From NCBI RefSeq assembly GCF_000026545.1, contig NC_011601.1: 64,000 nucleotides of DNA. One strand, written 5' to 3'. This document shows positions 28,436 through 37,681 of the stretch, piece by piece (position 1 is the first letter of the stretch; every line of letters starts with the position of its first letter). The position numbers and the translations under genes are program-made. The notes under the pieces are model-generated. The model worked only from the letters and a program-made list of their open reading frames with translations, did no database searches and was not told the DNA's origin. The stretch is from Escherichia coli O127:H6 str. E2348/69. Lineage in GTDB: Bacteria; Pseudomonadota; Gammaproteobacteria; Enterobacterales; Enterobacteriaceae.

Positions 28436-28654
28436 TCTATGACTCTGCGGCCAGCTCATCCGGCAATTTAATAAATGCGTCAGGCTGGCGACGTTTGGCC
28501 TTACGTTTCCAGCGCGAGGATCTGCTGGCAGTAGCGCAGAAAACGCCCCAATATCTTACGCAAAACCATTTTTTCGCTAACTAACAGTTGTCAGCCTGTC
28601 CCGCTTATAAGATCATACGCCGTTATACGTTGTTTACGCTTTGAGGAATCCACG

Positions 28655-30319
28655 ATGAGTGAGGCAGAAGCCCGCCCGACTAACTTTATCCGTCAGATCA
28701 TCGATGAAGATCTGGCCAGTGGTAAGCACACCACAGTACACACCCGTTTCCCGCCGGAGCCGAATGGCTATCTGCATATTGGCCATGCGAAATCTATCTG
28801 CCTGAACTTCGGGATCGCCCAGGACTATAAAGGCCAGTGCAACCTGCGTTTCGACGACACTAACCCGGTAAAAGAAGATATCGAGTATGTCGATTCGATC
28901 AAAAACGACGTAGAGTGGTTAGGTTTTCACTGGTCTGGTAACGTCCGTTACTCCTCCGATTATTTTGATCAGCTCCACGCCTATGCGATCGAACTGATCA
29001 ATAAAGGCCTGGCGTACGTTGATGAACTGACGCCGGAACAGATCCGCGAATACCGCGGCACCTTGACGCAGCCGGGTAAAAACAGCCCGTACCGCGATCG
29101 CAGCGTTGAAGAGAACCTGGCGCTGTTCGAGAAAATGCGTACCGGCGGTTTTGAAGAAGGTAAAGCCTGCCTGCGTGCGAAGATCGACATGGCTTCGCCG
29201 TTTATCGTGATGCGCGATCCGGTGCTGTACCGCATTAAGTTTGCTGAACACCACCAGACTGGCAACAAGTGGTGCATCTACCCGATGTACGACTTCACCC
29301 ACTGCATCAGCGATGCGCTGGAAGGTATTACGCACTCTCTGTGTACGCTTGAGTTCCAGGACAACCGCCGTCTGTACGACTGGGTACTGGACAATATCAC
29401 CATTCCTGTTCACCCGCGCCAGTACGAATTCTCGCGCCTGAATCTGGAATACACTGTGATGTCCAAGCGTAAGCTGAACCTGCTGGTGACCGATAAGCAC
29501 GTTGAAGGCTGGGATGACCCACGTATGCCGACCATTTCTGGTCTGCGTCGTCGTGGTTACACTGCGGCTTCTATTCGTGAGTTCTGCAAACGCATTGGTG
29601 TGACCAAGCAGGACAACACCATTGAGATGGCGTCACTGGAATCCTGCATCCGTGAAGATCTCAACGAAAATGCGCCGCGCGCAATGGCGGTTATCGATCC
29701 GGTGAAACTGGTTATCGAAAACTACCAGGGCGAAGGCGAAATGGTTACCATGCCGAACCATCCGAATAAACCGGAAATGGGCAGCCGCCAGGTGCCATTT
29801 AGCGGTGAGATTTGGATCGATCGCGCCGATTTCCGCGAAGAAGCTAACAAGCAGTACAAACGTCTGGTGCTGGGTAAAGAAGTGCGTCTGCGTAATGCTT
29901 ACGTCATTAAGGCAGAACGCGTCGAGAAAGATGCCGAAGGCAATATCACCACCATCTTCTGTACTTATGACGCCGACACCTTAAGCAAAGATCCGGCAGA
30001 TGGTCGTAAAGTCAAAGGTGTTATTCACTGGGTGAGCGCGGCACATGCGCTGCCGGTTGAAATCCGTTTGTATGACCGTCTGTTCAGCGTGCCGAACCCT
30101 GGTGCTGCGGATGATTTCCTGTCGGTGATTAACCCGGAATCGCTGGTGATCAAACAGGGCTTTGCTGAACCGTCGCTGAAAGATGCGGTTGCGGGTAAAG
30201 CATTCCAGTTTGAGCGTGAAGGTTACTTCTGCCTCGACAGCCGCCATTCTACGGCGGAAAAACCGGTATTTAACCGCACCGTTGGGCTGCGTGATACCTG
30301 GGCGAAAGTAGGCGAGTAA
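28655..30319 (+). CDS. glnS: Glutaminyl-tRNA synthetase
   Basis: 554-aa [50 protein letters not shown] with the HIGH and VMSKR class I signatures. Recognised as GlnS. Confidence 0.96.
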   Translation: MSEAEARPTNFIRQIIDEDLASGKHTTVHTRFPPEPNGYLHIGHAKSICLNFGIAQDYKGQCNLRFDDTNPVKEDIEYVDSIKNDVEWLGFHWSGNVRYSSDYFDQLHAYAIELINKGLAYVDELTPEQIREYRGTLTQPGKNSPYRDRSVEENLALFEKMRTGGFEEGKACLRAKIDMASPFIVMRDPVLYRIKFAEHHQTGNKWCIYPMYDFTHCISDALEGITHSLCTLEFQDNRRLYDWVLDNITIPVHPRQYEFSRLNLEYTVMSKRKLNLLVTDKHVEGWDDPRMPTISGLRRRGYTAASIREFCKRIGVTKQDNTIEMASLESCIREDLNENAPRAMAVIDPVKLVIENYQGEGEMVTMPNHPNKPEMGSRQVPFSGEIWIDRADFREEANKQYKRLVLGKEVRLRNAYVIKAERVEKDAEGNITTIFCTYDADTLSKDPADGRKVKGVIHWVSAAHALPVEIRLYDRLFSVPNPGAADDFLSVINPESLVIKQGFAEPSLKDAVAGKAFQFEREGYFCLDSRHSTAEKPVFNRTVGLRDTWAKVGE

Positions 30320-30329
30320 GTTTACGTTG

Positions 30330-30359
30330 TCGGATAGAGCGTTTACGCCGCATCCGGCA
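30330..30359. repeat. REP-like unit after glnS
   Basis: tcggatagagcgtttacgccgcatccggca resembles the REP consensus. Confidence 0.45.
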
Positions 30360-30380
30360 AGAAATATGCAAATTATCCCA

Positions 30381-30406
30381 AACGCCGCGCTCTGCGGCGT
30401 TTTTTT
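30381..30406 (+). terminator. Intrinsic terminator of glnS
   Basis: AACGCCGC-gctct-GCGGCGTT followed by TTTTTT. Confidence 0.75.
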
Positions 30407-30628
30407 CTGCTTTTCTTCGCGAATTAATTCCGCTTCGCAATTTATCCATAAAATAAATTTAAAATCACAAAACATAATTAAATAAAATGTAACCGCTTTC
30501 ATCTTGCTGGAATTTCACGTTTTTATTCTTCTGCAAGCCTTTCAACTGCAAACTTAAGCCTTGTAACAAAAATCATCAAAATATGTGCGGTTGCTCATGT
30601 TCTTACATTCTGGTTACAGAAAGAGATT

Positions 30629-30651
30629 GATAATTCGCGTCGCGAAAAATA
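30629..30651. promoter_or_regulatory. Candidate NagC operator upstream of chiP
   Basis: tgatAATTCGCGTCGCGAAaaat is a near-palindrome, similar in layout to the nagE-proximal box (AATTTGCG...CGAATT). chiP is reported to be NagC-repressed. Confidence 0.4.
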
Positions 30652-30741
30652 GTCTGTTCCTGTAGTCAGCGAGACTTTTCTCAACGCTACTTTTTTAATT
30701 TTTATTTTTTTCGCTGTTCACCTTTGGTGCAGCAATTTATA

Positions 30742-30752
30742 CGTCAAAGAGG
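30742..30752 (+). promoter_or_regulatory. ChiX (MicM) sRNA pairing site over the chiP Shine-Dalgarno
   Basis: CGTCAAAGAGG, 9 nt upstream of the chiP ATG, is complementary to the CCUCUUUGACG segment of ChiX as I remember that sRNA. Confidence 0.55.
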
Positions 30753-30760
30753 ATTAACCC

Positions 30761-32167
30761 ATGCGTGCGTTTAGTGGCAAACGTAGTACGCTGGCGCTGG
30801 CTATCGCCGGTGTTACAGCTATGTCGGGCTTTATGGCAATTCCGGAGGCTCGCGCCGAAGGATTCATCGACGATTCAACCTTAACCGGCGGTATCTATTA
30901 CTGGCAGCGTGAACGCGACCGTAAAGATGTTACCGACGGCGATAAATACAAAACTAACCTTTCTCACTCCACCTGGAACGCCAACCTCGATTTTCAGTCT
31001 GGTTATGCTGCTGATATGTTCGGCCTTGATATTGCCGCGTTTACGGCGATTGAAATGGCGGAAAACGGCGACAGCTCTCACCCGAACGAAATCGCGTTTT
31101 CAAAAAGTAATAAAGCCTATGACGAAGACTGGTCCGGCGATAAAAGCGGTATAAGCCTGTATAAAGCAGCGGCCAAATTTAAATACGGTCCGGTTTGGGC
31201 GAGGGCAGGTTATATTCAGCCAACCGGTCAGACGCTGTTAGTGCCACACTGGAGCTTTATGCCGGGTACTTATCAGGGGGCGGAGGCCGGGGCGAATTTT
31301 GATTACGGCGATGCTGGTGCGTTGAGTTTCTCCTACATGTGGACCAACGAATACAAAGCACCGTGGCATCTGGAAATGGATGAGTTTTATCAGAATGATA
31401 AAACCACCAAAGTTGATTATCTACACTCCCTTGGGGCGAAGTACGACTTCAAAAATAACTTCGTACTGGAAGCGGCGTTTGGTCAGGCCGAAGGGTATAT
31501 CGATCAATATTTTGCCAAAGCAAGCTACAAATTTGATATCGCCGGTAGCCCGTTAACCACCAGCTACCAGTTCTATGGTACGCGCGATAAAGTTGACGAT
31601 CGCAGCGTCAACGATCTTTATGACGGCACCGCCTGGCTGCAGGCGTTGACCTTTGGTTACCGGGCGGCTGACGTAGTGGATTTGCGCCTCGAAGGTACCT
31701 GGGTTAAGGCTGACGGTCAGCAGGGATACTTCCTGCAACGTATGACTCCAACCTACGCTTCCTCGAACGGTCGCCTGGATATCTGGTGGGATAACCGTTC
31801 TGACTTCAACGCCAACGGCGAAAAAGCGGTCTTCTTCGGTGCGATGTATGACCTGAAAAACTGGAATCTTCCAGGCTTCGCCATCGGCGCTTCCTACGTT
31901 TACGCATGGGATGCTAAACCTGCGACCTGGCAGAGCAATCCGGATGCGTACTACGACAAAAACCGGACTATTGAAGAGTCTGCCTACAGCCTGGATGCGG
32001 TGTACACCATTCAGGACGGTCGCGCCAAAGGCACGATGTTCAAACTGCACTTCACCGAATATGACAACCACTCCGACATCCCAAGCTGGGGCGGCGGTTA
32101 CGGTAACATCTTCCAGGATGAGCGCGACGTGAAATTTATGGTAATCGCACCATTCACCATCTTCTGA
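30761..32167 (+). CDS. chiP: Chitooligosaccharide-specific outer-membrane porin ChiP (YbfM)
   Basis: 468-aa ORF with signal peptide [32 protein letters not shown] and a C-terminal aromatic residue (...VIAPFTIF). OprD-like family. Recognised as ChiP. Confidence 0.93.
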   Translation: MRAFSGKRSTLALAIAGVTAMSGFMAIPEARAEGFIDDSTLTGGIYYWQRERDRKDVTDGDKYKTNLSHSTWNANLDFQSGYAADMFGLDIAAFTAIEMAENGDSSHPNEIAFSKSNKAYDEDWSGDKSGISLYKAAAKFKYGPVWARAGYIQPTGQTLLVPHWSFMPGTYQGAEAGANFDYGDAGALSFSYMWTNEYKAPWHLEMDEFYQNDKTTKVDYLHSLGAKYDFKNNFVLEAAFGQAEGYIDQYFAKASYKFDIAGSPLTTSYQFYGTRDKVDDRSVNDLYDGTAWLQALTFGYRAADVVDLRLEGTWVKADGQQGYFLQRMTPTYASSNGRLDIWWDNRSDFNANGEKAVFFGAMYDLKNWNLPGFAIGASYVYAWDAKPATWQSNPDAYYDKNRTIEESAYSLDAVYTIQDGRAKGTMFKLHFTEYDNHSDIPSWGGGYGNIFQDERDVKFMVIAPFTIF

Positions 32168-32216
32168 TGCCCGACGCGGCAGGTTTTGTGCCTGCCGCAC
32201 GTTTGAGGAATTTGCT

Positions 32217-32543
32217 ATGAAAAAACTGATTCTCATCGCCATGATGGCATCGGGGCTGGTAGCTTGTGCGCAATCAACCGCACCGCAGGAAGACAGTCGT
32301 CTGAAAGAGGCTTACAGCGCCTGTATCAACACCGCGCAAGGTTCGCCGGAAAAAATTGAAGCCTGCCAGAGCGTGTTAAACGTGCTGAAGAAAGAGAAAC
32401 AACATCAGCAGTTTGCCGAGCAGGAAAGTGTCCGCGTACTGGATTATCAGCAGTGTATTCAGGCAACGCAAACCGGAAATGATCAGGCGGTGAAAGCCGA
32501 TTGTGATAAGGTCTGGCAGGAAATTCGCAGTAATAACAAATAA
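32217..32543 (+). CDS. chiQ: Lipoprotein ChiQ (YbfN)
   Basis: 108 aa with lipobox MKKLILIAMMASGLVAC. It lies directly downstream of chiP. Confidence 0.9.
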   Translation: MKKLILIAMMASGLVACAQSTAPQEDSRLKEAYSACINTAQGSPEKIEACQSVLNVLKKEKQHQQFAEQESVRVLDYQQCIQATQTGNDQAVKADCDKVWQEIRSNNK

Positions 32544-32570
32544 GTGAGAGCTGTAACTCTCGCTTTTCTT
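32544..32570 (+). terminator. Intrinsic terminator of chiPQ
   Basis: A 7-bp stem GTGAGAG/CTCTCGC with one G-U pair, followed by TTTTCTT. Confidence 0.55.
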
Positions 32571-32583
32571 ATTTCCCTTATAT

Positions 32584-32611
32584 AAAAAAGCCAACCCGTA
32601 GGTTGGCTTTT
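32584..32611 (-). terminator. Intrinsic terminator of fur
   Basis: AGCCAACC-cgta-GGTTGGCT. The minus strand follows with TTTTTT. Confidence 0.7.
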
Positions 32612-32626
32612 CTCGTTCAGGCTGGC

Positions 32627-33073
32627 TTATTTGCCTTCGTGCGCGTGCTCATCTTCGCGGCAATCGCCTTCGGCACAGTGACCGTAAAGATAGAGACTGT
32701 GGTTAGTCAGGCGAATGCCATGTTTTGCGGCAATTTCACGCTGACGCGCTTCGATGGAATCATCACTAAATTCGATAACCTTACCGCAGTCGAGGCAGAT
32801 CAGGTGATCGTGGTGATGTTGCTGTGTCAGTTCAAATACGGATTTACCGCCTTCAAAATTGTGGCGGGTGACGATACCAGCGTCGTCAAACTGGTTCAGT
32901 ACGCGATATACCGTAGCCAGACCAATTTCTTCACCCATATCGATCAGACGTTTGTATAAATCTTCCGCACTGACGTGATGGTTGTCCGGCTCCTGAAGAA
33001 CTTCCAGGATTTTCAAGCGAGGAAGCGTTACTTTCAGGCCAGCTTTCTTTAGGGCGGTATTGTTATCAGTCAT
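32627..33073 (-). CDS. fur: Ferric uptake regulator
   Basis: 148-aa ORF MTDNNTALKKAGLKVTLPRLKILEVLQEPDNHHVSAEDLYKRL. Recognised as Fur. Confidence 0.97.
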   Translation of the reverse strand: MTDNNTALKKAGLKVTLPRLKILEVLQEPDNHHVSAEDLYKRLIDMGEEIGLATVYRVLNQFDDAGIVTRHNFEGGKSVFELTQQHHHDHLICLDCGKVIEFSDDSIEARQREIAAKHGIRLTNHSLYLYGHCAEGDCREDEHAHEGK

Positions 33074-33152
33074 GCGGAATCTGTCCTGTTACTAAGCGGT
33101 TCACTTCATTAGAAGAAGTGACAGAATTTGCTCTTGAGATAATGCGTATCAT
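33066..33152 (-). CDS. uof: uof, the 28-codon upstream ORF translationally coupled to fur
   Basis: MIRIISRANSVTSSNEVNRLVTGQIPHD. Its TGA (33068..33066) overlaps the fur ATG region (ATGACTGA arrangement). It is the C-terminal part of track ORF 33066..33302. Confidence 0.75.
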   Translation of the reverse strand: MIRIISRANSVTSSNEVNRLVTGQIPHD

Positions 33153-33156
33153 TATA
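33138..33156. promoter_or_regulatory. Fur box in the fur/uof leader-promoter region
   Basis: GATAATGCGTATCATTATA matches the 19-bp Fur consensus GATAATGATAATCATTATC at 15 of 19 positions. It overlaps the uof start codon. Confidence 0.6.
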
Positions 33157-33321
33157 GAATTGCCACGCCTAAATGAAAACCACAAGTCCCTGGCAAATAT
33201 TGTTAATAAAAACGTGGCACAGCTTACATTTACAACGGCAAGGCCACTTGAACACCGGGACATTGTACAGGTACAACAGCAAAAGTTACAAATTTGTAGC
33301 AATTATTTTGATTGGCATTAT

Positions 33322-33354
33322 CTATTAATACGGCGTAGACATGAGTCTACGCCG
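33322..33354 (-). terminator. Hairpin (partial terminator/attenuator) between fldA and uof-fur
   Basis: A 10-bp stem CGGCGTAGAC/GTCTACGCCG with loop atga lies 8 nt after the fldA stop. Only a weak T-rich tail (TATTAAT) follows, consistent with the known fldA-fur read-through. Confidence 0.45.
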
Positions 33355-33361
33355 CATCACA

Positions 33362-33892
33362 TCAGGCATTGAGAATTTCGTCGAGATGCAGCTCTTCAGA
33401 AATCTGTTTAACCCATTTTTCTACACGTTCAGCGGTCAGTTCCGGCTGACGGTCTTCGTCGATAGCCAGACCGACAAAGTGGTCATCATCAGCCAGACCT
33501 TTTGATGCTTCGAAGTGGTAGCCCGCGGTTGGCCAGTGACCAACGATAGTTGCGCCGCGCGGTTCAATGATGTCGCGGATGGTGCCCAATGCATCGCAGA
33601 AGTATTCTGCGTAATCTTCCTGGTCGCCACAACCAAACAGCGCAACCAGTTTGCCATTAAAATCAATCTCTTCGAGAGTCGGGAAGAAGTCATCCCAGTC
33701 ACACTGCGCTTCGCCGTAATACCAGGTTGGGATGCCCAGCAGCAGAATGTCATATGCTTCCAGATCTTCTTTGCTGCTTTTTGCAATGTCATGGACATCG
33801 GCAACGTCTTTACCAAGCTGTTTTTGAATCATTTTTGCGATATTTTCGGTATTACCGGTGTCGCTGCCGAAAAAGATGCCAGTGATAGCCAT
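33362..33892 (-). CDS. fldA: Flavodoxin 1
   Basis: The track ORF is trimmed to the ATG at 33892, giving the 176-aa [27 protein letters not shown] protein. Recognised as FldA. Confidence 0.96.
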
Positions 33893-34031
33893 GAGTGAAA
33901 TAACCTCTTGAAACTTATTGAAATGGGGGTGGAAAATTGCCCACGGATAAAGGCAATCATAGCAGAACAGGCAGTCTTGCGGAATCAGCAAACGAGCAGG
34001 ACTGCACACTGTGCTACATGAAAGTGGAAAT

Positions 34032-34325
34032 TTAAACGATGCCCTGACTACGCAGCGCCGCCAGTTGCTGCATTAACATCTCTTCGATCAGCTCGCTACG
34101 GCTCATATTGCGCGATTCCGCCAGCTCGTTCAGTGCCTCGACAGCTTCCGCGTTCAGCTTCAGTTCGACACGCTTAAGGCCACGTACTTTGTCGCGTTTT
34201 AGTTGGTTGCGTTTATTTATACGCAGCTGTTCATCGCGCGAAAGCGGATTAGTTTTCGGTCGTCCCGGTCGACGCTCGTGCGCGAACAGATCTAATGTCG
34301 TACGGTCCGTTTGTTCTTTGGCCAT
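34032..34325 (-). CDS. ybfE: LexA-regulated CopG/RHH-like protein YbfE
   Basis: The track ORF is trimmed to the ATG at 34325, giving the 97-aa [41 protein letters not shown] protein. Confidence 0.85.
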   Translation of the reverse strand: MAKEQTDRTTLDLFAHERRPGRPKTNPLSRDEQLRINKRNQLKRDKVRGLKRVELKLNAEAVEALNELAESRNMSRSELIEEMLMQQLAALRSQGIV

Positions 34326-34443
34326 GATCTTGGTGACTTCGGGGGAAACAATCAGCCAGGCGCCTGCCCGGATGGATAGCGCGCCATAATACATCAGCGC
34401 GATGAGTCACGCCAACGTCCACGCGCGGAAAGCGACGCGGACG

Positions 34444-34459
34444 CTGGGTTTTTAATCAG
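34444..34459. promoter_or_regulatory. LexA (SOS) box upstream of ybfE
   Basis: The minus strand reads CTGATTAAAAACCCAG, which fits CTG-N10-CAG. ybfE is a reported SOS gene. The box ends 5 nt from the ybfF stop codon. Confidence 0.55.
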
Positions 34460-34464
34460 TTGCG

Positions 34465-35229
34465 TTAATCATTGAGATAGCGACGGATAGCGCGTAATAC
34501 CGCATCCGGTTTTTCAGCATGGACCCAGTGACCCGCGCCAGCAATCACATGCGCCCGTGCCTGTGGAAATTGTGCCAGTAAATCATCGCGGTACTGCTCG
34601 CTAACATACGGAGAATTGCCGCCTGGGATAAACAGGGCAGGGTGATCCCATGCCGGGATTTTCTCCCAACCCACAATATGCGGATACTGATCCCACAATA
34701 CCGGCACGTTAAAGCGCCACTCCCCGTCAACAAAAGATTTCAGCAGAAACTGAATCACCCCTTCTTCATTAAGATGCTGGTGCATTATTGCTGCTGCTTG
34801 CTGGCGAGTTTGTGCGTCCGATTCACTGACTGCGTTGATGGCCGCGAAAATCTCATCATGCCGGCGAACGTGATAATCGACCGGCGCAATATCAATTGCC
34901 ACCAGCTTGTCAATCCGATCGGGGGCCAGTGCAGTAAGTGCCATTACCGCTTTACCGCCCATGGAGTGACCGATAAATGTTGCTTTGTCGATCTGCAGTG
35001 CATCCAGGGTATCAACAAGATCCTGGGCCATCGCCGGGTAATTCATTACCGGATCTCTCGGTGAAAGACCGTGGTTACGCATATCAACCTGGATGATATT
35101 GTGATCGTTTACCAGATCGCGAGCCAGTACGCCAAGGTTGTCGAGGCTACCAAACAGACCATGGACAAGAACGATGGGAGAATTATTGTGCTGGTTTTGT
35201 GCAGTTTGCGCGCGGATATTCAATTTCAT
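34465..35229 (-). CDS. ybfF: Alpha/beta-hydrolase esterase YbfF
   Basis: 254-aa ORF with the GHSMGG nucleophile elbow. Recognised as YbfF. Confidence 0.92.
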   Translation of the reverse strand: MKLNIRAQTAQNQHNNSPIVLVHGLFGSLDNLGVLARDLVNDHNIIQVDMRNHGLSPRDPVMNYPAMAQDLVDTLDALQIDKATFIGHSMGGKAVMALTALAPDRIDKLVAIDIAPVDYHVRRHDEIFAAINAVSESDAQTRQQAAAIMHQHLNEEGVIQFLLKSFVDGEWRFNVPVLWDQYPHIVGWEKIPAWDHPALFIPGGNSPYVSEQYRDDLLAQFPQARAHVIAGAGHWVHAEKPDAVLRAIRRYLND

Positions 35230-35413
35230 GGCAAAGTTCTTTTTTTCGCGTTGTCGGGTTAGGGTATTATGTTGACCATTGTGCCACAGGGCTGCAACAA
35301 ATAAGGTTTATTCCGAGTTTTTCTGCAAGCCAGGCTTGACGCTATCCGCTGCCGGGATTTATTCATATACTCCTGGCGACTTGTATTCAGCTAAGACACT
35401 GCACTGGATTAAG

Positions 35414-35959
35414 ATGAAAACGATTGAAGTTGATGATGAACTCTACAGCTATATTGCCAGCCACACTAAGCATATCGGCGAGAGCGCATCCGACATTTTA
35501 CGGCGTATGTTGAAATTTTCCGCCGCATCACAGCCTGCTGCTCCGGTGACGAAAGAGGTTCGCGTTGCGTCACCTGCTATCGTCGAAGCGAAGCCGGTCA
35601 AAACGATTAAAGACAAGGTTCGCGCAATGCGTGAACTTCTGCTTTCGGATGAATACGCAGAGCAAAAGCGAGCGGTCAATCGCTTTATGCTGCTGTTGTC
35701 TACACTATATTCTCTTGACGCCCAGGCGTTTGCCGAAGCAACGGAATCGTTGCACGGTCGTACACGCGTTTACTTTGCGGCAGATGAACAAACGCTGCTG
35801 AAAAATGGTAATCAGACCAAGCCGAAACATGTGCCTGGTACGCCGTATTGGGTGATCACCAACACCAACACCGGCCGTAAATGCAGCATGATCGAACACA
35901 TCATGCAGTCGATGCAATTCCCGGCGGAATTGATTGAGAAGGTTTGCGGAACTATCTAA
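35414..35959 (+). CDS. seqA: Replication-initiation negative modulator SeqA (hemimethylated GATC binding)
   Basis: The track ORF is trimmed to the ATG at 35414, giving the 181-aa [33 protein letters not shown] protein. Confidence 0.95.
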
Positions 35960-35984
35960 AACGTTGCAGACAAAGGACAAAGCA

Positions 35985-37625
35985 ATGGCAATCCACAATC
36001 GTGCAGGCCAACCTGCACAACAGAGTGATTTGATTAACGTCGCCCAACTGACGGCGCAATATTATGTACTGAAACCAGAAGCAGGGAATGCGGAGCACGC
36101 GGTGAAATTCGGTACTTCCGGTCACCGTGGCAGTGCAGCGCGCCACAGCTTTAACGAGCCGCACATTCTGGCGATCGCTCAGGCAATTGCTGAAGAACGT
36201 GCGAAAAACGGCATCACTGGCCCTTGCTATGTGGGTAAAGATACTCACGCCCTGTCCGAGCCTGCGTTCATTTCCGTACTGGAAGTGCTGGCAGCGAACG
36301 GTGTTGATGTCATTGTGCAGGAAAACAATGGCTTCACTCCGACACCTGCCATTTCCAATGCCATTCTGGTTCACAATAAAAAAGGTGGCCCGCTGGCAGA
36401 CGGTATCGTGATTACACCGTCTCATAACCCGCCGGAAGATGGTGGTATCAAGTACAATCCGCCAAATGGTGGCCCGGCTGATACCAACGTCACTAAAGTG
36501 GTGGAAGACAAGGCCAACGCACTGATGGCTGATGGCCTGAAAGGCGTGAAGCGTATCTCCCTCGACGAAGCGATGGCATCCGGTCATGTGAAAGAGCAGG
36601 ATCTGGTGCAGCCGTTCGTGGAAGGGCTGGCCGATATCGTTGATATGGCAGCGATTCAGAAAGCGGGCCTGACGCTGGGTGTCGATCCGCTGGGCGGTTC
36701 TGGTATCGAATACTGGAAGCGTATTGGCGAGTATTACAACCTCAACCTGACCATCGTTAACGATCAGGTCGATCAAACCTTCCGCTTTATGCACCTAGAT
36801 AAAGACGGTGCGATCCGTATGGACTGCTCCTCCGAGTGTGCGATGGCGGGCCTGCTGGCACTGCGTGATAAGTTCGATCTGGCGTTTGCTAACGACCCGG
36901 ATTATGACCGTCACGGTATCGTCACTCCGGCAGGTTTGATGAATCCGAACCACTACCTGGCGGTGGCGATCAACTACCTGTTCCAGCATCGTCCGCAGTG
37001 GGGCAAAGATGTTGCTGTCGGTAAAACGCTGGTTTCATCTGCGATGATCGACCGTGTGGTCAATGATTTGGGCCGTAAGCTGGTAGAAGTACCGGTAGGT
37101 TTCAAATGGTTTGTTGATGGTTTGTTCGATGGCAGCTTCGGCTTTGGCGGCGAAGAGAGTGCAGGCGCTTCCTTCCTGCGTTTCGACGGCACGCCGTGGT
37201 CCACCGATAAAGACGGCATCATTATGTGTCTGCTGGCGGCGGAAATCACCGCTGTCACCGGTAAGAACCCGCAGGAACACTATAACGAACTGGCAAAACG
37301 CTTTGGTGCGCCGAGCTATAACCGTTTGCAGGCAGCAGCGACTTCCGCACAAAAAGCGGCGTTGTCTAAGCTGTCTCCGGAAATGGTGAGCGCCAGCACC
37401 CTGGCAGGTGACCCGATCACCGCGCGTCTGACGGTGGCACCGGGTAATGGCGCTTCTATCGGCGGTCTGAAAGTGATGACTGACAACGGCTGGTTCGCCG
37501 CGCGTCCGTCAGGCACGGAAGACGCATATAAGATCTACTGCGAAAGCTTCCTTGGTGAAGAACATCGCAAGCAGATTGAGAAAGAAGCGGTTGAGATTGT
37601 TAGCGAAGTTCTGAAAAACGCGTAA
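35985..37625 (+). CDS. pgm: Phosphoglucomutase
   Basis: The track ORF is trimmed to the ATG at 35985, giving the 546-aa [22 protein letters not shown] protein. The active-site TSGHRGS/TPSHNP motifs are present. Confidence 0.96.
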   Translation: MAIHNRAGQPAQQSDLINVAQLTAQYYVLKPEAGNAEHAVKFGTSGHRGSAARHSFNEPHILAIAQAIAEERAKNGITGPCYVGKDTHALSEPAFISVLEVLAANGVDVIVQENNGFTPTPAISNAILVHNKKGGPLADGIVITPSHNPPEDGGIKYNPPNGGPADTNVTKVVEDKANALMADGLKGVKRISLDEAMASGHVKEQDLVQPFVEGLADIVDMAAIQKAGLTLGVDPLGGSGIEYWKRIGEYYNLNLTIVNDQVDQTFRFMHLDKDGAIRMDCSSECAMAGLLALRDKFDLAFANDPDYDRHGIVTPAGLMNPNHYLAVAINYLFQHRPQWGKDVAVGKTLVSSAMIDRVVNDLGRKLVEVPVGFKWFVDGLFDGSFGFGGEESAGASFLRFDGTPWSTDKDGIIMCLLAAEITAVTGKNPQEHYNELAKRFGAPSYNRLQAAATSAQKAALSKLSPEMVSASTLAGDPITARLTVAPGNGASIGGLKVMTDNGWFAARPSGTEDAYKIYCESFLGEEHRKQIEKEAVEIVSEVLKNA

Positions 37626-37637
37626 ACATATCAAATA

Positions 37638-37670
37638 AGAAAAAGGGCGGTCGGAAGATCGCCCTTTTTT
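37638..37670. terminator. Bidirectional terminator between convergent pgm and potE
   Basis: aaaaAGGGCGgtcggaagatCGCCCTttttt. Confidence 0.7.
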
Positions 37671-37681
37671 GCTTTGCTTAA

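Noticed and set aside
28588-28615. Possible glnS promoter (TTGTCA ... TATAAG/TAAGAT)
   Set aside because: The spacer between the -35-like and any -10-like hexamer is only 12-14 nt by my count, so I cannot support a specific promoter call from sequence alone.
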